This document shows, piece after piece, positions 9,626 through 18,378 of a stretch of DNA of 64,000 bases. A program made the position numbers and the translations under genes. The stretch is from an uncultured Gammaproteobacteria bacterium (GTDB lineage: Bacteria > Patescibacteriota > Patescibacteriia > UBA1558 > GWA2-36-10): the NCBI GenBank assembly GCA_964633905.1, contig CAZWIT010000002.1, positions 128,833 to 192,832 on the forward strand. Reading direction: 5' to 3'. Below the pieces are notes generated by a model. It searched no databases. It was given only the letters and a program-made list of their open reading frames with translations, and was not told the DNA's origin. Numbering within the stretch: the stretch's first letter is position 1; each line of letters begins with the position of its first letter.

Positions 9626-10279
9626 ATGGCTAATAAAAAAATAAGCAAAATTATTCTTTTAGGACCACAAGGTTCTGGCAAAAGTACCCAAGGTAAGGTG
9701 ATTAGTGAATTTTTAGACATAGATGTTTTACCGGCAGGGGATTTATTAAGAGCTAACATTAGGCAACATACTGAATTAGGCGCTAGAATTGGTGACTTTG
9801 TTAATAATGGAGAAATGATTCCTAATAGCTTAATGATCTCTTTAATGTTGGGAGAACTCAAAAAACCACAATATAAAAAAGGCTGGTTGCTTGATGGTTT
9901 TCCGCGTGATATTGAGCAAGCTTCCAGTTTGGATCAGCATTATTTAGTTGATAAAGTTTTTAATATTGAAATTAGCAATGAACTTGCTATTGCTCGTATT
10001 GCTGGTCGGCGCATTTGCCCTAATGGTCATGTTTTTCATATTGAGCATGCTCCCTCTACTAAGGCAGATTTTTGCGATATTTGCCATGAAGCTTTATATT
10101 ATCGAGAAGATGATCAAGTTCATGTTGTGGAAAAAAGGTTGGGTATTTATCGAAACGAAACAGTAAAATTATTGCGTTATTATGAACAGCAGGGTAAGCT
10201 AGTGGTTTTTGATGGTAGTCCTAGTATTGCCGAAGTTTCCAAAAATATTATAGATTATTTGAAACAAAATGTGGGATAA
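9626..10279 (+). CDS. adk: Adenylate kinase (with zinc-binding lid)
   Basis: P-loop GPQGSGKSTQ, LID domain with CPNGH...CDIC. Confidence 0.95.
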   Translation: MANKKISKIILLGPQGSGKSTQGKVISEFLDIDVLPAGDLLRANIRQHTELGARIGDFVNNGEMIPNSLMISLMLGELKKPQYKKGWLLDGFPRDIEQASSLDQHYLVDKVFNIEISNELAIARIAGRRICPNGHVFHIEHAPSTKADFCDICHEALYYREDDQVHVVEKRLGIYRNETVKLLRYYEQQGKLVVFDGSPSIAEVSKNIIDYLKQNVG

Positions 10280-11015
10280 AAAAACCCAGGCAGAAATAGA
10301 AATTTTAGCTGTTGGCGGTCAGATTTTAGCCAATATTTTAAATCATCTTGCCAGTCTAGTTAAGCCTGGAATTACTGGTTATGAATTAGATCGTATTGCT
10401 GAAGAAATGATTAAAAAAGCTGGCGGTCAAGCAGCCTTTAAAAATTATAATGGCTTTCCTAATGCCTTATGTTTTTCTGTTAATAAAACAGTAGTTCACG
10501 GCATACCTAATCAGACCCCGCTTAAAGAGGGTGATATAGTAGGACTAGATTTAGGTTTAAAATATAAAGGTTTGTATACTGACGCAGCTTTGACTGTAGC
10601 AGTGGGCAAGGTTAGTAAAGCTGCCCAAAAATTGATAAAAACAACTGTCCAGGCCCTAAACATTGCTTTACAGCAAGTTAAGCCTGGTAATGATGTAAAT
10701 GACATTGGTAAGGCCGTAGAAAGCTATATAAGGCCTTTTGGCTATGGTATTGTGAGAGATTTGGCTGGCCATGGGGTGGGTAGAGCTGTGCATGAAGATC
10801 CTTGGGTGCCTAATTTTGATTTTGGTAAAAATATTGGAAAATTATATCCAGGTCTAGTGATTGCCATTGAACCAATGATTATTTTGGGTGGAAATGATAG
10901 GGTAGTAACTGCAGCTGATAATTGGGGCATAGAAACTTTTGATCAAAGTTTAGCTGCTCATTTTGAGCACACAGTGGCTGTCACTGAATCTGGCTATCAA
11001 ATTTTGACTAAATAG
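10269..11015 (+). CDS. map: Methionine aminopeptidase type I
   Basis: MetAP fold motifs (VVHGIP, DIVGLDLG, AGHGVGRAVHE). Confidence 0.95.
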   Translation: MWDKKTQAEIEILAVGGQILANILNHLASLVKPGITGYELDRIAEEMIKKAGGQAAFKNYNGFPNALCFSVNKTVVHGIPNQTPLKEGDIVGLDLGLKYKGLYTDAALTVAVGKVSKAAQKLIKTTVQALNIALQQVKPGNDVNDIGKAVESYIRPFGYGIVRDLAGHGVGRAVHEDPWVPNFDFGKNIGKLYPGLVIAIEPMIILGGNDRVVTAADNWGIETFDQSLAAHFEHTVAVTESGYQILTK

Positions 11016-11017
11016 TT

Positions 11018-11404
11018 ATGAAAAAATATTTAGGCATTGATTATGGTGATAAACGGGTTGGCTTAGCCCTGGCTGCTGAAGCTAGTATTGCCTTGCCTTA
11101 TAAAGTGTTATTAAATAATAACTTGGAACAACTACTACTTGATTTACAGAAAATTGTTGAACAAGAAAATATTAGTTTAATAGTAGTTGGCTTGCCTCAT
11201 AGTTTATCCGGTAATTTAAATCAGCGCTTAGCTATCACGCAAAGATTTATTGATATTTTAAAAGTCAAAATAACGGTGCCAGTAGTAACAGTTGATGAGC
11301 AAATGAGCTCAAAATTATATGAACGTCAAGGTGTTAAAAAAGATATTGATAAATATGCGGCTAGCGCAATTTTAGATACTTATTTGACTCAGCATCATGT
11401 TTAA
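11018..11404 (+). CDS. ruvX: Putative pre-16S rRNA nuclease / Holliday-junction-resolvase-like YqgF
   Basis: N-terminal YLGIDYGDKRVGLALA motif of the YqgF/RuvX RNase H-like family. ~128 aa. Confidence 0.8.
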   Translation: MKKYLGIDYGDKRVGLALAAEASIALPYKVLLNNNLEQLLLDLQKIVEQENISLIVVGLPHSLSGNLNQRLAITQRFIDILKVKITVPVVTVDEQMSSKLYERQGVKKDIDKYAASAILDTYLTQHHV

Positions 11405-12449
11405 TTATTTACAAGTTATTTTAATTTTTTTGGCTAGTTTAACACTGAGCATTGTTTTAACTGGCTTTTTTATTTATGTAGCTAAAAAAATCAACTTAGT
11501 AGATAGAGCCGGTGTTTTGGAGCGTAAAATTCATAATAAAAATATAGCCTTAGGCGGTGGGCTTGGTATTTTTTTGGCTTGGATATTAATGATTATTATT
11601 TTATGGCAGTTCAAAATATTACCAGATCAACGTTTTAATGTTAATTTATTATTTTGGGTTTTTGTTAGCAGTCTAGTATTAATGATTAATGGTTTGTTGG
11701 ATGATAAATATGCTAGACCAGCTAAGCTTACTATTTTAGGGCCACTATTGGCTATTATTATTGTATTGTTAGCGGGTTTAAAAATAAGTTATATTACTAA
11801 TCCAGCTGGTGGTATTTTGTATTTAAATCAATGGGGTTTTGGTTTAAGCCTTATTTTGACATTTTTATGGCTTTTGGGCATGACTTATACCACTAAACTA
11901 TTAGATGGATTAGATGGCTTGGCTGCAAGTATTAGCATGATTGCGGCTTTAGCTATTTTTGTGGTTAGCTTATCGTGGGATGTTAGTAACTCTACTACTT
12001 CTTGGTTAAGTTTAGTTCTAGCAGGTGCAATTTTTGGTTTCCTAATATGGAATTGGCACCCAGCTAAAGTTTTTTTAGGAGAAGGTGGTAGCACCTGGCT
12101 CGGTTTTATTTTGGGTGTGCTGGCCATAATTTCGGGGAGCAAGATAGCTACTGCCTTGCTAGTTATGGGTTTGCCGGTTTTAGATATTTTGATTGTAATG
12201 CTTCGCAGGATTAAAAAAGGCAAAGCAATTTGGCAAGGCGATCAAGAACATTTGCATTTCAGGCTGCTGGCAGCCGGCATGTCGCAGCGCCAAACGGTAT
12301 TATTTTTCTGTTTAGTTAGTTTATTGTTTGGTATTTCTGCGATATTTTTTTATACAAAAGTAAAAATAATTGCTCTAAGCTGTTTGGTTATTTTTGTTTT
12401 GTATTTTAGTAATTATTTAGATAAAATTATAAAAAATAAAAATATATGA
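11397..12449 (+). CDS. Polyprenyl-phosphate N-acetylhexosamine-1-phosphate transferase (MraY/WecA family, GT4-like)
   Basis: Polytopic membrane protein with the diagnostic LLDGLDGLA motif of the MraY/WecA family. Confidence 0.8.
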   Translation: MFNYLQVILIFLASLTLSIVLTGFFIYVAKKINLVDRAGVLERKIHNKNIALGGGLGIFLAWILMIIILWQFKILPDQRFNVNLLFWVFVSSLVLMINGLLDDKYARPAKLTILGPLLAIIIVLLAGLKISYITNPAGGILYLNQWGFGLSLILTFLWLLGMTYTTKLLDGLDGLAASISMIAALAIFVVSLSWDVSNSTTSWLSLVLAGAIFGFLIWNWHPAKVFLGEGGSTWLGFILGVLAIISGSKIATALLVMGLPVLDILIVMLRRIKKGKAIWQGDQEHLHFRLLAAGMSQRQTVLFFCLVSLLFGISAIFFYTKVKIIALSCLVIFVLYFSNYLDKIIKNKNI

Positions 12450-13000
12450 TTAACAATGACTTTTCCAGTAGGATGAAATTAAATAAATATATTATTTTTA
12501 TTTTATTTATTATCATGCTGGCTATTTTTTGGGTAGTGGTGAGTAAACAAGTAAAACCACAGTCCTTGTCGCCGCTAGATCAAAATAATACTAGTCAGCA
12601 GACAGATCAAGCGCGAGCTATATTAAACGGCAAGGTTTTTGTTTTAGAAGTTATGGATACTCCTGATAAACAAAGAGAGGGCTTATCTGGTAGGGATAGT
12701 ATAGATAAAGATCAGGCAATGTTATTTGTATTTGATCAGGCTAAGATTATGGATTTTTGGATGAAGGATATGAAATTTAATATAGATTTATTGTGGATTA
12801 AGGGTGATGAGATAGTAGCCTGGGAAAAGAATATGTTAGCTCCAGACCCCAATTTACCAGATGATAAATTAAAGCACTATACTTCTCCTTTTCCAGTTGA
12901 TAAGGTTTTAGAGTTAAAAAGTGGCACAATTGATGATTTATCCTTAAAAATTAACGATAAAGTAGAATTATTAAATTTGCCTAATAACTTGAATAATTAA
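12446..13000 (+). CDS. DUF192-family (COG1430-like) membrane-anchored protein
   Basis: N-terminal TM segment, then an MLFVF...FWMKDM...DLLWI pattern resembling DUF192. Call is from recall only. Confidence 0.5.
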   Translation: MINNDFSSRMKLNKYIIFILFIIMLAIFWVVVSKQVKPQSLSPLDQNNTSQQTDQARAILNGKVFVLEVMDTPDKQREGLSGRDSIDKDQAMLFVFDQAKIMDFWMKDMKFNIDLLWIKGDEIVAWEKNMLAPDPNLPDDKLKHYTSPFPVDKVLELKSGTIDDLSLKINDKVELLNLPNNLNN

Positions 13001-13015
13001 TGATTATTTGTTAAG

Positions 13016-13423
13016 ATGTGGGGTCAGCATAAACATAAAATTATCAAAGTATTAATACTCGTTTTGGTGCTAGCAGGTGCTTGGTATTGGGCAAATAATT
13101 TTAGGCAAGATGCTATTGATAGTCAAGCGGATTATATAGATACGGTTAGGCCTTGGTTTAAAGAAGTTGATAAGAATTATAGTTTAGATCAAATTGCTAA
13201 TGTGCGTAATAAATTATTGTATTTAAATAGCAAAGAAAAGTCTATTGGCGATAGTCACTTGAATTTATTTTTAGCCTTTGATGCTTGGCAGCAGTATTTG
13301 GAAAGTAATAATCCAGAGTTACAACGTCAGGCAGATAAGTTTTTTGAACAAGCGGCAATTTCTTTACCACCACTGCACAATGAGATTAATAGATTACAAA
13401 CAATTTTATTAGGCGATGTTTAA
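13016..13423 (+). CDS. Hypothetical membrane-anchored protein
   Basis: 135 aa with a single N-terminal TM helix. No recognisable domain. Translationally coupled to the flanking genes. Confidence 0.4.
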   Translation: MWGQHKHKIIKVLILVLVLAGAWYWANNFRQDAIDSQADYIDTVRPWFKEVDKNYSLDQIANVRNKLLYLNSKEKSIGDSHLNLFLAFDAWQQYLESNNPELQRQADKFFEQAAISLPPLHNEINRLQTILLGDV

Positions 13424-14147
13424 AACTATTTTACCATGGTTAACAGCTTTTATTACACTCCTGGCTTGGTGGCTATTTTTTAGTCAAACCAAAAGTTTAT
13501 GGTGGGTTTTGATTGTTTCAATCTTATTGATACTTTGGACAGCTAGACGTATAGCTGGACCTTTGTTTTGGCAATATAAACTATCTTGGCTTAATATTAT
13601 TTTTATTTATTTATCCCAAAGTTTATTTTTACTTTTATTAAAATCAAATAATTTACGCTTTGGTTTATCTTTTTGGCTAGCGCTTTTATGGGCTTTTATT
13701 TGGTGGTTTTGGCAGCAATATTTTCGCAAAGTCCATATTGCCTTACTGCAAGCTGACTATCTATCTTTTAATAAATTTTGGTATTATCTAAATTTTTGGT
13801 TTTTAGCCAGCGGTATTTATGCCTTGTTAGCTTTTATTAATTTGCCTTTATTATTAGCTTTCTTTATTATATTATTAGTAGGATTTAGCTTTTCCTTGGA
13901 GTTATTATTAAGGGAAAGAGTTTTTGTTTGGCGTTTATTATTGTTATGGTCATGGTTATTTTTACAAATAACAGCGGCTATTTCTTTATTACCAATTAGC
14001 TTTTATTTAGCCGGCGCTTTGCTTACTTTATGGTATTTTTTTCTAGACGAGGCTTGGCTTGAGTTAGGCCAAAAGTGGCATTGGTATACTAGTTTATTAT
14101 TAGCAGCTAATTTACTTATATTAATAATTACATTTTTATATATATAA
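13416..14147 (+). CDS. Hypothetical Trp-rich polytopic membrane protein
   Basis: 243 aa, at least 6 predicted TM helices, unusually Trp/Leu/Phe-rich. Overlaps the upstream gene by 8 nt. Confidence 0.45.
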   Translation: MFKTILPWLTAFITLLAWWLFFSQTKSLWWVLIVSILLILWTARRIAGPLFWQYKLSWLNIIFIYLSQSLFLLLLKSNNLRFGLSFWLALLWAFIWWFWQQYFRKVHIALLQADYLSFNKFWYYLNFWFLASGIYALLAFINLPLLLAFFIILLVGFSFSLELLLRERVFVWRLLLLWSWLFLQITAAISLLPISFYLAGALLTLWYFFLDEAWLELGQKWHWYTSLLLAANLLILIITFLYI

Positions 14148-14171
14148 ATATTCATTATTAATCTTATAGTT

Positions 14172-15257
14172 ATGCAAGAAACAAATACAGCCAATGATAG
14201 CCAAGATCGAAACAAGCATTTTGTTAGACCAACTTTTGAAAGACCGCCTTCTTTGGTTAGCTTTAGTCTGTTAGCCATTGTTTTGGGCCTACTGGCTGGT
14301 TTAGGTGGTTATTTAATAGGTAAGACTTGGCTGCCTACTAATTTAAGCTTTTTGAATTCACAGCCAGAGATTAAAATAAGCTTAGAACAACCATTGGTTG
14401 ATATGGCTACTAAAAATTTGGAAAGTGTTGCTGGTATTTATCGCCCAGTTAAAGTTAATGCCTTATTAGGGCAGCCTTTATTTACTGCTAGTGATCTTTT
14501 GGGGCAAGCAGCTGTTGTTACTTCTGATGGTTGGTTGATGACCAGTGATCAAATTTTAGTGGATAAACAATCCTTAGTTGTTTTAGGTAGTGAAATTTAT
14601 AACATCAAAGATATTAAAACTGATAAATTTAGTGGTCTTATTTTTATTAAAGTAGCAGCCAGCGGCTTAGTGCCGGTTAATTTTCAATTTACTAATGAGT
14701 TTAAAAAAGGGGAGACAGCCTTTACTATCTTTGATACGCCAAATAATATTGATAACACTTTTGCTAGCAGCATATTGTCTCAAGCCCACTATGTTAGAGA
14801 TAATACTTTGAGTACAGATATAATGGATTATTATTTACTATTAGATAAAAACGAAATTGTTTTAGGGGCTCCATATTTTAATACTAAGGGTGATTTATTG
14901 GGCTTAGGACACAAGGTAGCTGATGAGCCAGTTTTAATACCAGTAGAATATTTGCGCCAAGCAGTAAGGCATTTGCTTGATAACACCCAAAGGGTTGTTT
15001 GGGGTATTAGCTATTTAGATTTAGAAAATAATAGCGGCATACTTAGCAGTGGTAATGTTGTTAATTTAGCTCCAGCTAAAAATAGCCTAGCAGCCAAAGC
15101 CGGCTTACTGGCAGGGGATAGAATTAAAGCTGTTAACAATGACACTGTTTCTAAAGATCGTAGTTTAACTTCAATTCTTCAAAATTATCGTTCGGGGGAC
15201 AAGGTTATCTTAAAGGTTTTAAGATCAGGTGTTGAAATGGATATAGAGATTAAATAA
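14172..15257 (+). CDS. HtrA/DegP-like membrane-anchored protein with C-terminal PDZ domain. The catalytic Ser appears to be substituted.
   Basis: N-terminal TM. The segment GAPYFNTKGDLLGLG aligns to the HtrA GNSGGPLVNxxGEVIGIN block with the Ser lost. A clear PDZ follows (LAGDRIKAVNNDTV...GDKVILKVLRSG). Confidence 0.55.
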   Translation: MQETNTANDSQDRNKHFVRPTFERPPSLVSFSLLAIVLGLLAGLGGYLIGKTWLPTNLSFLNSQPEIKISLEQPLVDMATKNLESVAGIYRPVKVNALLGQPLFTASDLLGQAAVVTSDGWLMTSDQILVDKQSLVVLGSEIYNIKDIKTDKFSGLIFIKVAASGLVPVNFQFTNEFKKGETAFTIFDTPNNIDNTFASSILSQAHYVRDNTLSTDIMDYYLLLDKNEIVLGAPYFNTKGDLLGLGHKVADEPVLIPVEYLRQAVRHLLDNTQRVVWGISYLDLENNSGILSSGNVVNLAPAKNSLAAKAGLLAGDRIKAVNNDTVSKDRSLTSILQNYRSGDKVILKVLRSGVEMDIEIK

Positions 15258-15355
15258 AAATACCCCCTCTGTCCTAAAGGACATCTTCTCCTGTTAAGCT
15301 AAAGTTCATAAGCAAGCTAAATTAGGAGCAGATTATAGAGGGGGTATTTTTTATT
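15257..15355. terminator. Bidirectional structured terminator between convergent genes
   Basis: A 14-bp perfect closing stem (AAAATACCCCCTCT...AGAGGGGGTATTTT) encloses about 66 nt with internal hairpins (GTCCtaaaGGAC; CTCCT/AGGAG). U-runs follow on both strands. Confidence 0.55.
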
Positions 15356-15635
15356 CTGACTCTTTTTTATTAATCAGTTCTGGACTGGGGCTATATTTGC
15401 GATTGCGTATTTTCCATTGATCAACATATTGTCCTAAGCCTTGGCTTTTCAATAAATTAAAACGGCGAGTAGATTGTTGCGACCATTCAACCAAAGAATT
15501 AAAATTTATTTTATAGCGTCCTTTTACTACAATGTATTTTAATTCTTGGTTTTTTAAAGCTTGTCTAATAGTCTTAGTAGAAACACCAAAAAGTTTAGCA
15601 GCTTCAGAAACCGATAGTCTAATAATATTTTCCAT
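15351..15635 (-). CDS. Small helix-turn-helix DNA-binding protein (excisionase/MerR-like HTH)
   Basis: An LSVSEAAKLFGVSTKTIRQAL helix-turn-helix near the N-terminus. 94 aa. It is the only minus-strand gene in this stretch. Confidence 0.5.
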   Translation of the reverse strand: MENIIRLSVSEAAKLFGVSTKTIRQALKNQELKYIVVKGRYKINFNSLVEWSQQSTRRFNLLKSQGLGQYVDQWKIRNRKYSPSPELINKKESE

Positions 15636-15786
15636 AAAATAGTATTTAAGTATAGATTATTCTACACCTAAATCATAAAAAAAACAATCAAAAATTTATT
15701 ATTCATCACTTTGGAGAGCAGGTGAAGTGAGTTGAAACAATTGAATTTTATTGTATAACAAATGGACTTTATTAGTTTTCTAGTTT

Positions 15787-15814
15787 CCGCCATCCGCCGA
15801 TAGGCGGATGGCGG
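15787..15814. repeat. Perfect 12-bp GC-rich palindrome with GATA loop (CCGCCATCCGCC-GATA-GGCGGATGGCGG)
   Basis: Read directly. It sits in a ~400-bp AT-rich noncoding region upstream of the ECF sigma gene and has no adjacent U-run. Confidence 0.7.
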
Positions 15815-15910
15815 AGGCCTCTTGAAATAACAATTAATTTGTATATTTTTTAGCTCTTATTTAATTGGATTTTTGCTAATTCTTATCAACAAATAGCTTA
15901 TTTTTAGGGG

Positions 15911-15939
15911 TTTACATATTCTTAATTTAATGTTATAAT
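15911..15939 (+). promoter_or_regulatory. Sigma-70-like promoter (TTTACA-17-TATAAT) upstream of the ECF sigma gene
   Basis: TTTACA at 15911-15916, a 17-nt spacer, TATAAT at 15934-15939. About 100 nt upstream of the 16038 start. Confidence 0.4.
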
Positions 15940-16037
15940 TTATAAAATATAATACACATATTTTGGAATAAGCTATTTTTCGTTTGTTTTTATAGTTATT
16001 TTAGTGTAATATTTAGCCTTATATTACGTCTCTATTT

Positions 16038-16592
16038 ATGAGCAACTGGAAGTACAATTTACAAGAGAAGATCGTTTTCTTAAAGCTCAAGTCTGGCGAT
16101 TCTGATGCTTTTTCTTTTTTCTACGACCAGTATGTTACTCGAATTTACCGTTTTGTTTTTATCAAAGTATCAAATAAGCAAGTTGCCGAGGACTTAACAC
16201 AAGAAATTTTCTTAAAAGTCTGGCAGCACTTAGTTGATAAAAAGGATATTCAAAATTTTCAAGCTTTTATCTTTAGAGTAGCTCGTAACTCTATTATAGA
16301 TTATTATCGTCGGGCTTATCGTCAAGAATTACCTCTGGACTATATAGACGAAACTAAACACGAAGCCTTGCTTGATGATAAAACAGAAAATTTAGATAAA
16401 TCTCTAGATTCAGAAAAATTGCTCAAGCAATTAAAATCCTTAAAAGCAGAATATCAAGAAGTTTTACTCTTGCGTTATGTAGAGGATATGTCTATAGAAG
16501 ATATTGCCAGTATTTTACAAAAAGATAAAAATAATGTGCGCGTCTTAATTCATCGCGCTCTAGCTAAGCTCAAAGACTTAGCCAACAAATAA
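16038..16592 (+). CDS. ECF-type RNA polymerase sigma-70 family factor
   Basis: Sigma region 2 (DLTQEIFLKVWQHL, ARNSIIDYYRR) and region 4 HTH (LLLRYVEDMSIEDIASIL...NVRVLIHRALAKL). Confidence 0.85.
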   Translation: MSNWKYNLQEKIVFLKLKSGDSDAFSFFYDQYVTRIYRFVFIKVSNKQVAEDLTQEIFLKVWQHLVDKKDIQNFQAFIFRVARNSIIDYYRRAYRQELPLDYIDETKHEALLDDKTENLDKSLDSEKLLKQLKSLKAEYQEVLLLRYVEDMSIEDIASILQKDKNNVRVLIHRALAKLKDLANK

Positions 16593-16598
16593 TATACT

Positions 16599-17951
16599 AT
16601 GATGATTAGCAAAAAATTAAACCAACTTAAAGACTTGCCTGATCTACAGCCGGATTATACCTGGGTGCAAGCTACTAAGTACAATTTACTGTTGGATATC
16701 AATGCCCAAAATCGTATGCGTCAAGCTCAAAAATTAGAATGGCGTGAACGTTTTGGTATTTTTGGTTTGACTTTTGGTGTAAAACTAATGCAATCAGCTA
16801 GCAAATTAATTGCTATGTTTTTGGTGATATCTTTGGGCTCTGGTATTAGTTTAGCTGCTCAGGCTTCAGTGCCAGGTGAAATGTTATGGCCAGTCAAGAG
16901 GTCTCTAGAAAAAGCCGAGGTCACTTTGACCATGAGTCCAGTCAAAGAAACAGAAATTCACATTAAGCATATCAATACTCGTCTTGATGAAATGGATCAA
17001 ATCTTAAATGAAGATAACACCAAAAATGATGCTCAAAAGGAAAAGGCTATTAAACAAGCTGCTAAATATCTAGAAAAAGATGTAGCGGCTGCTAATACCT
17101 CTTTGAAAGTTGCTAAAGAAGAAACTGATCCGATAGCTGTAGTGGTGCTGGCTGAAAAGCTTACTAACTCCGCTAAAGAAGTAGCCTCTAACCTAGAAAG
17201 CAAATCAAATAATTCTCCCGATCAAGTTATTAGCGAAGTCTTAGATAGCGCTAAGAAAGTCAATCAAGAAGCCAAAACTTCAGCGGTAAGTTTAGCTTTA
17301 GAGGTGCATGAACAAGTGGTAGCCGAAGCTGTTAAGCAAGATAATAATAAAGACTTGACCATCAATGCTACTAGCTCTAGCGCTCAATTAAGTACTGATA
17401 ACCCCAAGATTCAAGAATTGAAAAATGTTACCGAAGTAATTATCAAAATACTGGATTCAGAAATTAAAGATTTATCTTCGGAAGTGCAAAGCACTAAAGC
17501 CAAAGTAGAAAAAGTAGAAAGTGCTGATGCCAAAAGTGAGCTTAATATCAAAAATATTAAAGTTGACGGACAAATATTATCTGGCACTGATGCTTTGAAA
17601 AATAGCGGTCAACAGGCTGCTGAGGGTTTAAGCAAGGCCAAAGATCTTTTGGATCAAGGTGCTTTAAAAGATTCATTGGATAAGATTGCTGAAGTCAAAG
17701 TAGCTACTAAGACTACGGAAACAGTTTTAAAGCAAATTCAAGCTATTGCTGATGAAGCCAGTGTTAAGCCAGTAGTTATGCCTACTAGCACTAAACCAGT
17801 ACTGACTAGCACTACTACTAAAGCAACTACTACTAATAGCATTATCAAGTCAGATGGTGGTGAAGAAGTATTGCCAGACAGTAGTCTAGATATTAAAGCA
17901 GAGGATGGTATTCAAACAGAAGAAATAGATAATAGTAATTTAATAAATTAA
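16599..17951 (+). CDS. Putative membrane-anchored anti-sigma factor (DUF5667-like)
   Basis: Directly downstream of the ECF sigma gene. One TM helix followed by PGEMLWPVKRSLEKAEV (resembling the DUF5667 signature) and a long alpha-helical extracytoplasmic region. Confidence 0.5.
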   Translation: MMISKKLNQLKDLPDLQPDYTWVQATKYNLLLDINAQNRMRQAQKLEWRERFGIFGLTFGVKLMQSASKLIAMFLVISLGSGISLAAQASVPGEMLWPVKRSLEKAEVTLTMSPVKETEIHIKHINTRLDEMDQILNEDNTKNDAQKEKAIKQAAKYLEKDVAAANTSLKVAKEETDPIAVVVLAEKLTNSAKEVASNLESKSNNSPDQVISEVLDSAKKVNQEAKTSAVSLALEVHEQVVAEAVKQDNNKDLTINATSSSAQLSTDNPKIQELKNVTEVIIKILDSEIKDLSSEVQSTKAKVEKVESADAKSELNIKNIKVDGQILSGTDALKNSGQQAAEGLSKAKDLLDQGALKDSLDKIAEVKVATKTTETVLKQIQAIADEASVKPVVMPTSTKPVLTSTTTKATTTNSIIKSDGGEEVLPDSSLDIKAEDGIQTEEIDNSNLIN

Positions 17952-18034
17952 TTATTAATTAAAAAATTCCTAAAGTTGTGAAGCGTGTATGGTTTAGTCG
18001 GCCATAAGATAGGATAGGGGCAAATGATTCCGTC

Positions 18035-18054
18035 ATTCCCGCGTAGGCGGGAAT
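18035..18054. repeat. GC-rich hairpin repeat copy (ATTCCCGC-GTAG-GCGGGAAT), same family as the 24.3 kb copies
   Basis: The core GTCATTCCCGCGTAGGCGGGAATC recurs at 24309-24333 (direct, 2 substitutions) and 24359-24383 (inverted). Confidence 0.7.
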
Positions 18055-18378
18055 CCCATTGAATTGACATTAAGTTAAATGGAGATACTGAAATAAATTC
18101 AGGATGACTGCATCAACTGTCCCTAGCTTATCGCTAAATCGCGCGCGACTTAGGGAAGCTCTCAATGTCCGTACGGCAAAGAGAGTATCTAATTTGGTGT
18201 TCTTTTATAAATTTTTAAAGTGAAAAGACTAAGCCCAAGGCTTTTGATGACCAGAAAGGTCGGCTCTTAACAAAAGAGGGTGTCAAAAAATTTGGTTTAG
18301 CCTGGCTAGAGTTTAGCGAGGTGCTTGGGAACTTGCCTTTAAGAAAATGTAAAGAACATTTATTAATTAAAACTAAAC

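Noticed and set aside
9598-10166. ORFs 9598-9861(-) and 9948-10166(+) overlapping adk
   Set aside because: adk is confidently called in another frame or strand. These are shadow ORFs.
10511-10930. Minus-strand ORFs inside map
   Set aside because: Antisense shadow ORFs.
11885-12223. Minus-strand 112-aa ORF inside the MraY/WecA-family gene
   Set aside because: Antisense to a gene with clear family motifs.
14003-14278. Minus-strand 91-aa ORF bridging two plus-strand genes
   Set aside because: Overlaps the ends of two co-directional genes in antisense. No support.
15351-15635. Prophage/integrative-element remnant suggested by an excisionase-like HTH protein on the opposite strand
   Set aside because: There is no integrase, attachment-site repeat, tRNA target or other phage gene nearby. 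A stand-alone transcriptional regulator is more parsimonious.
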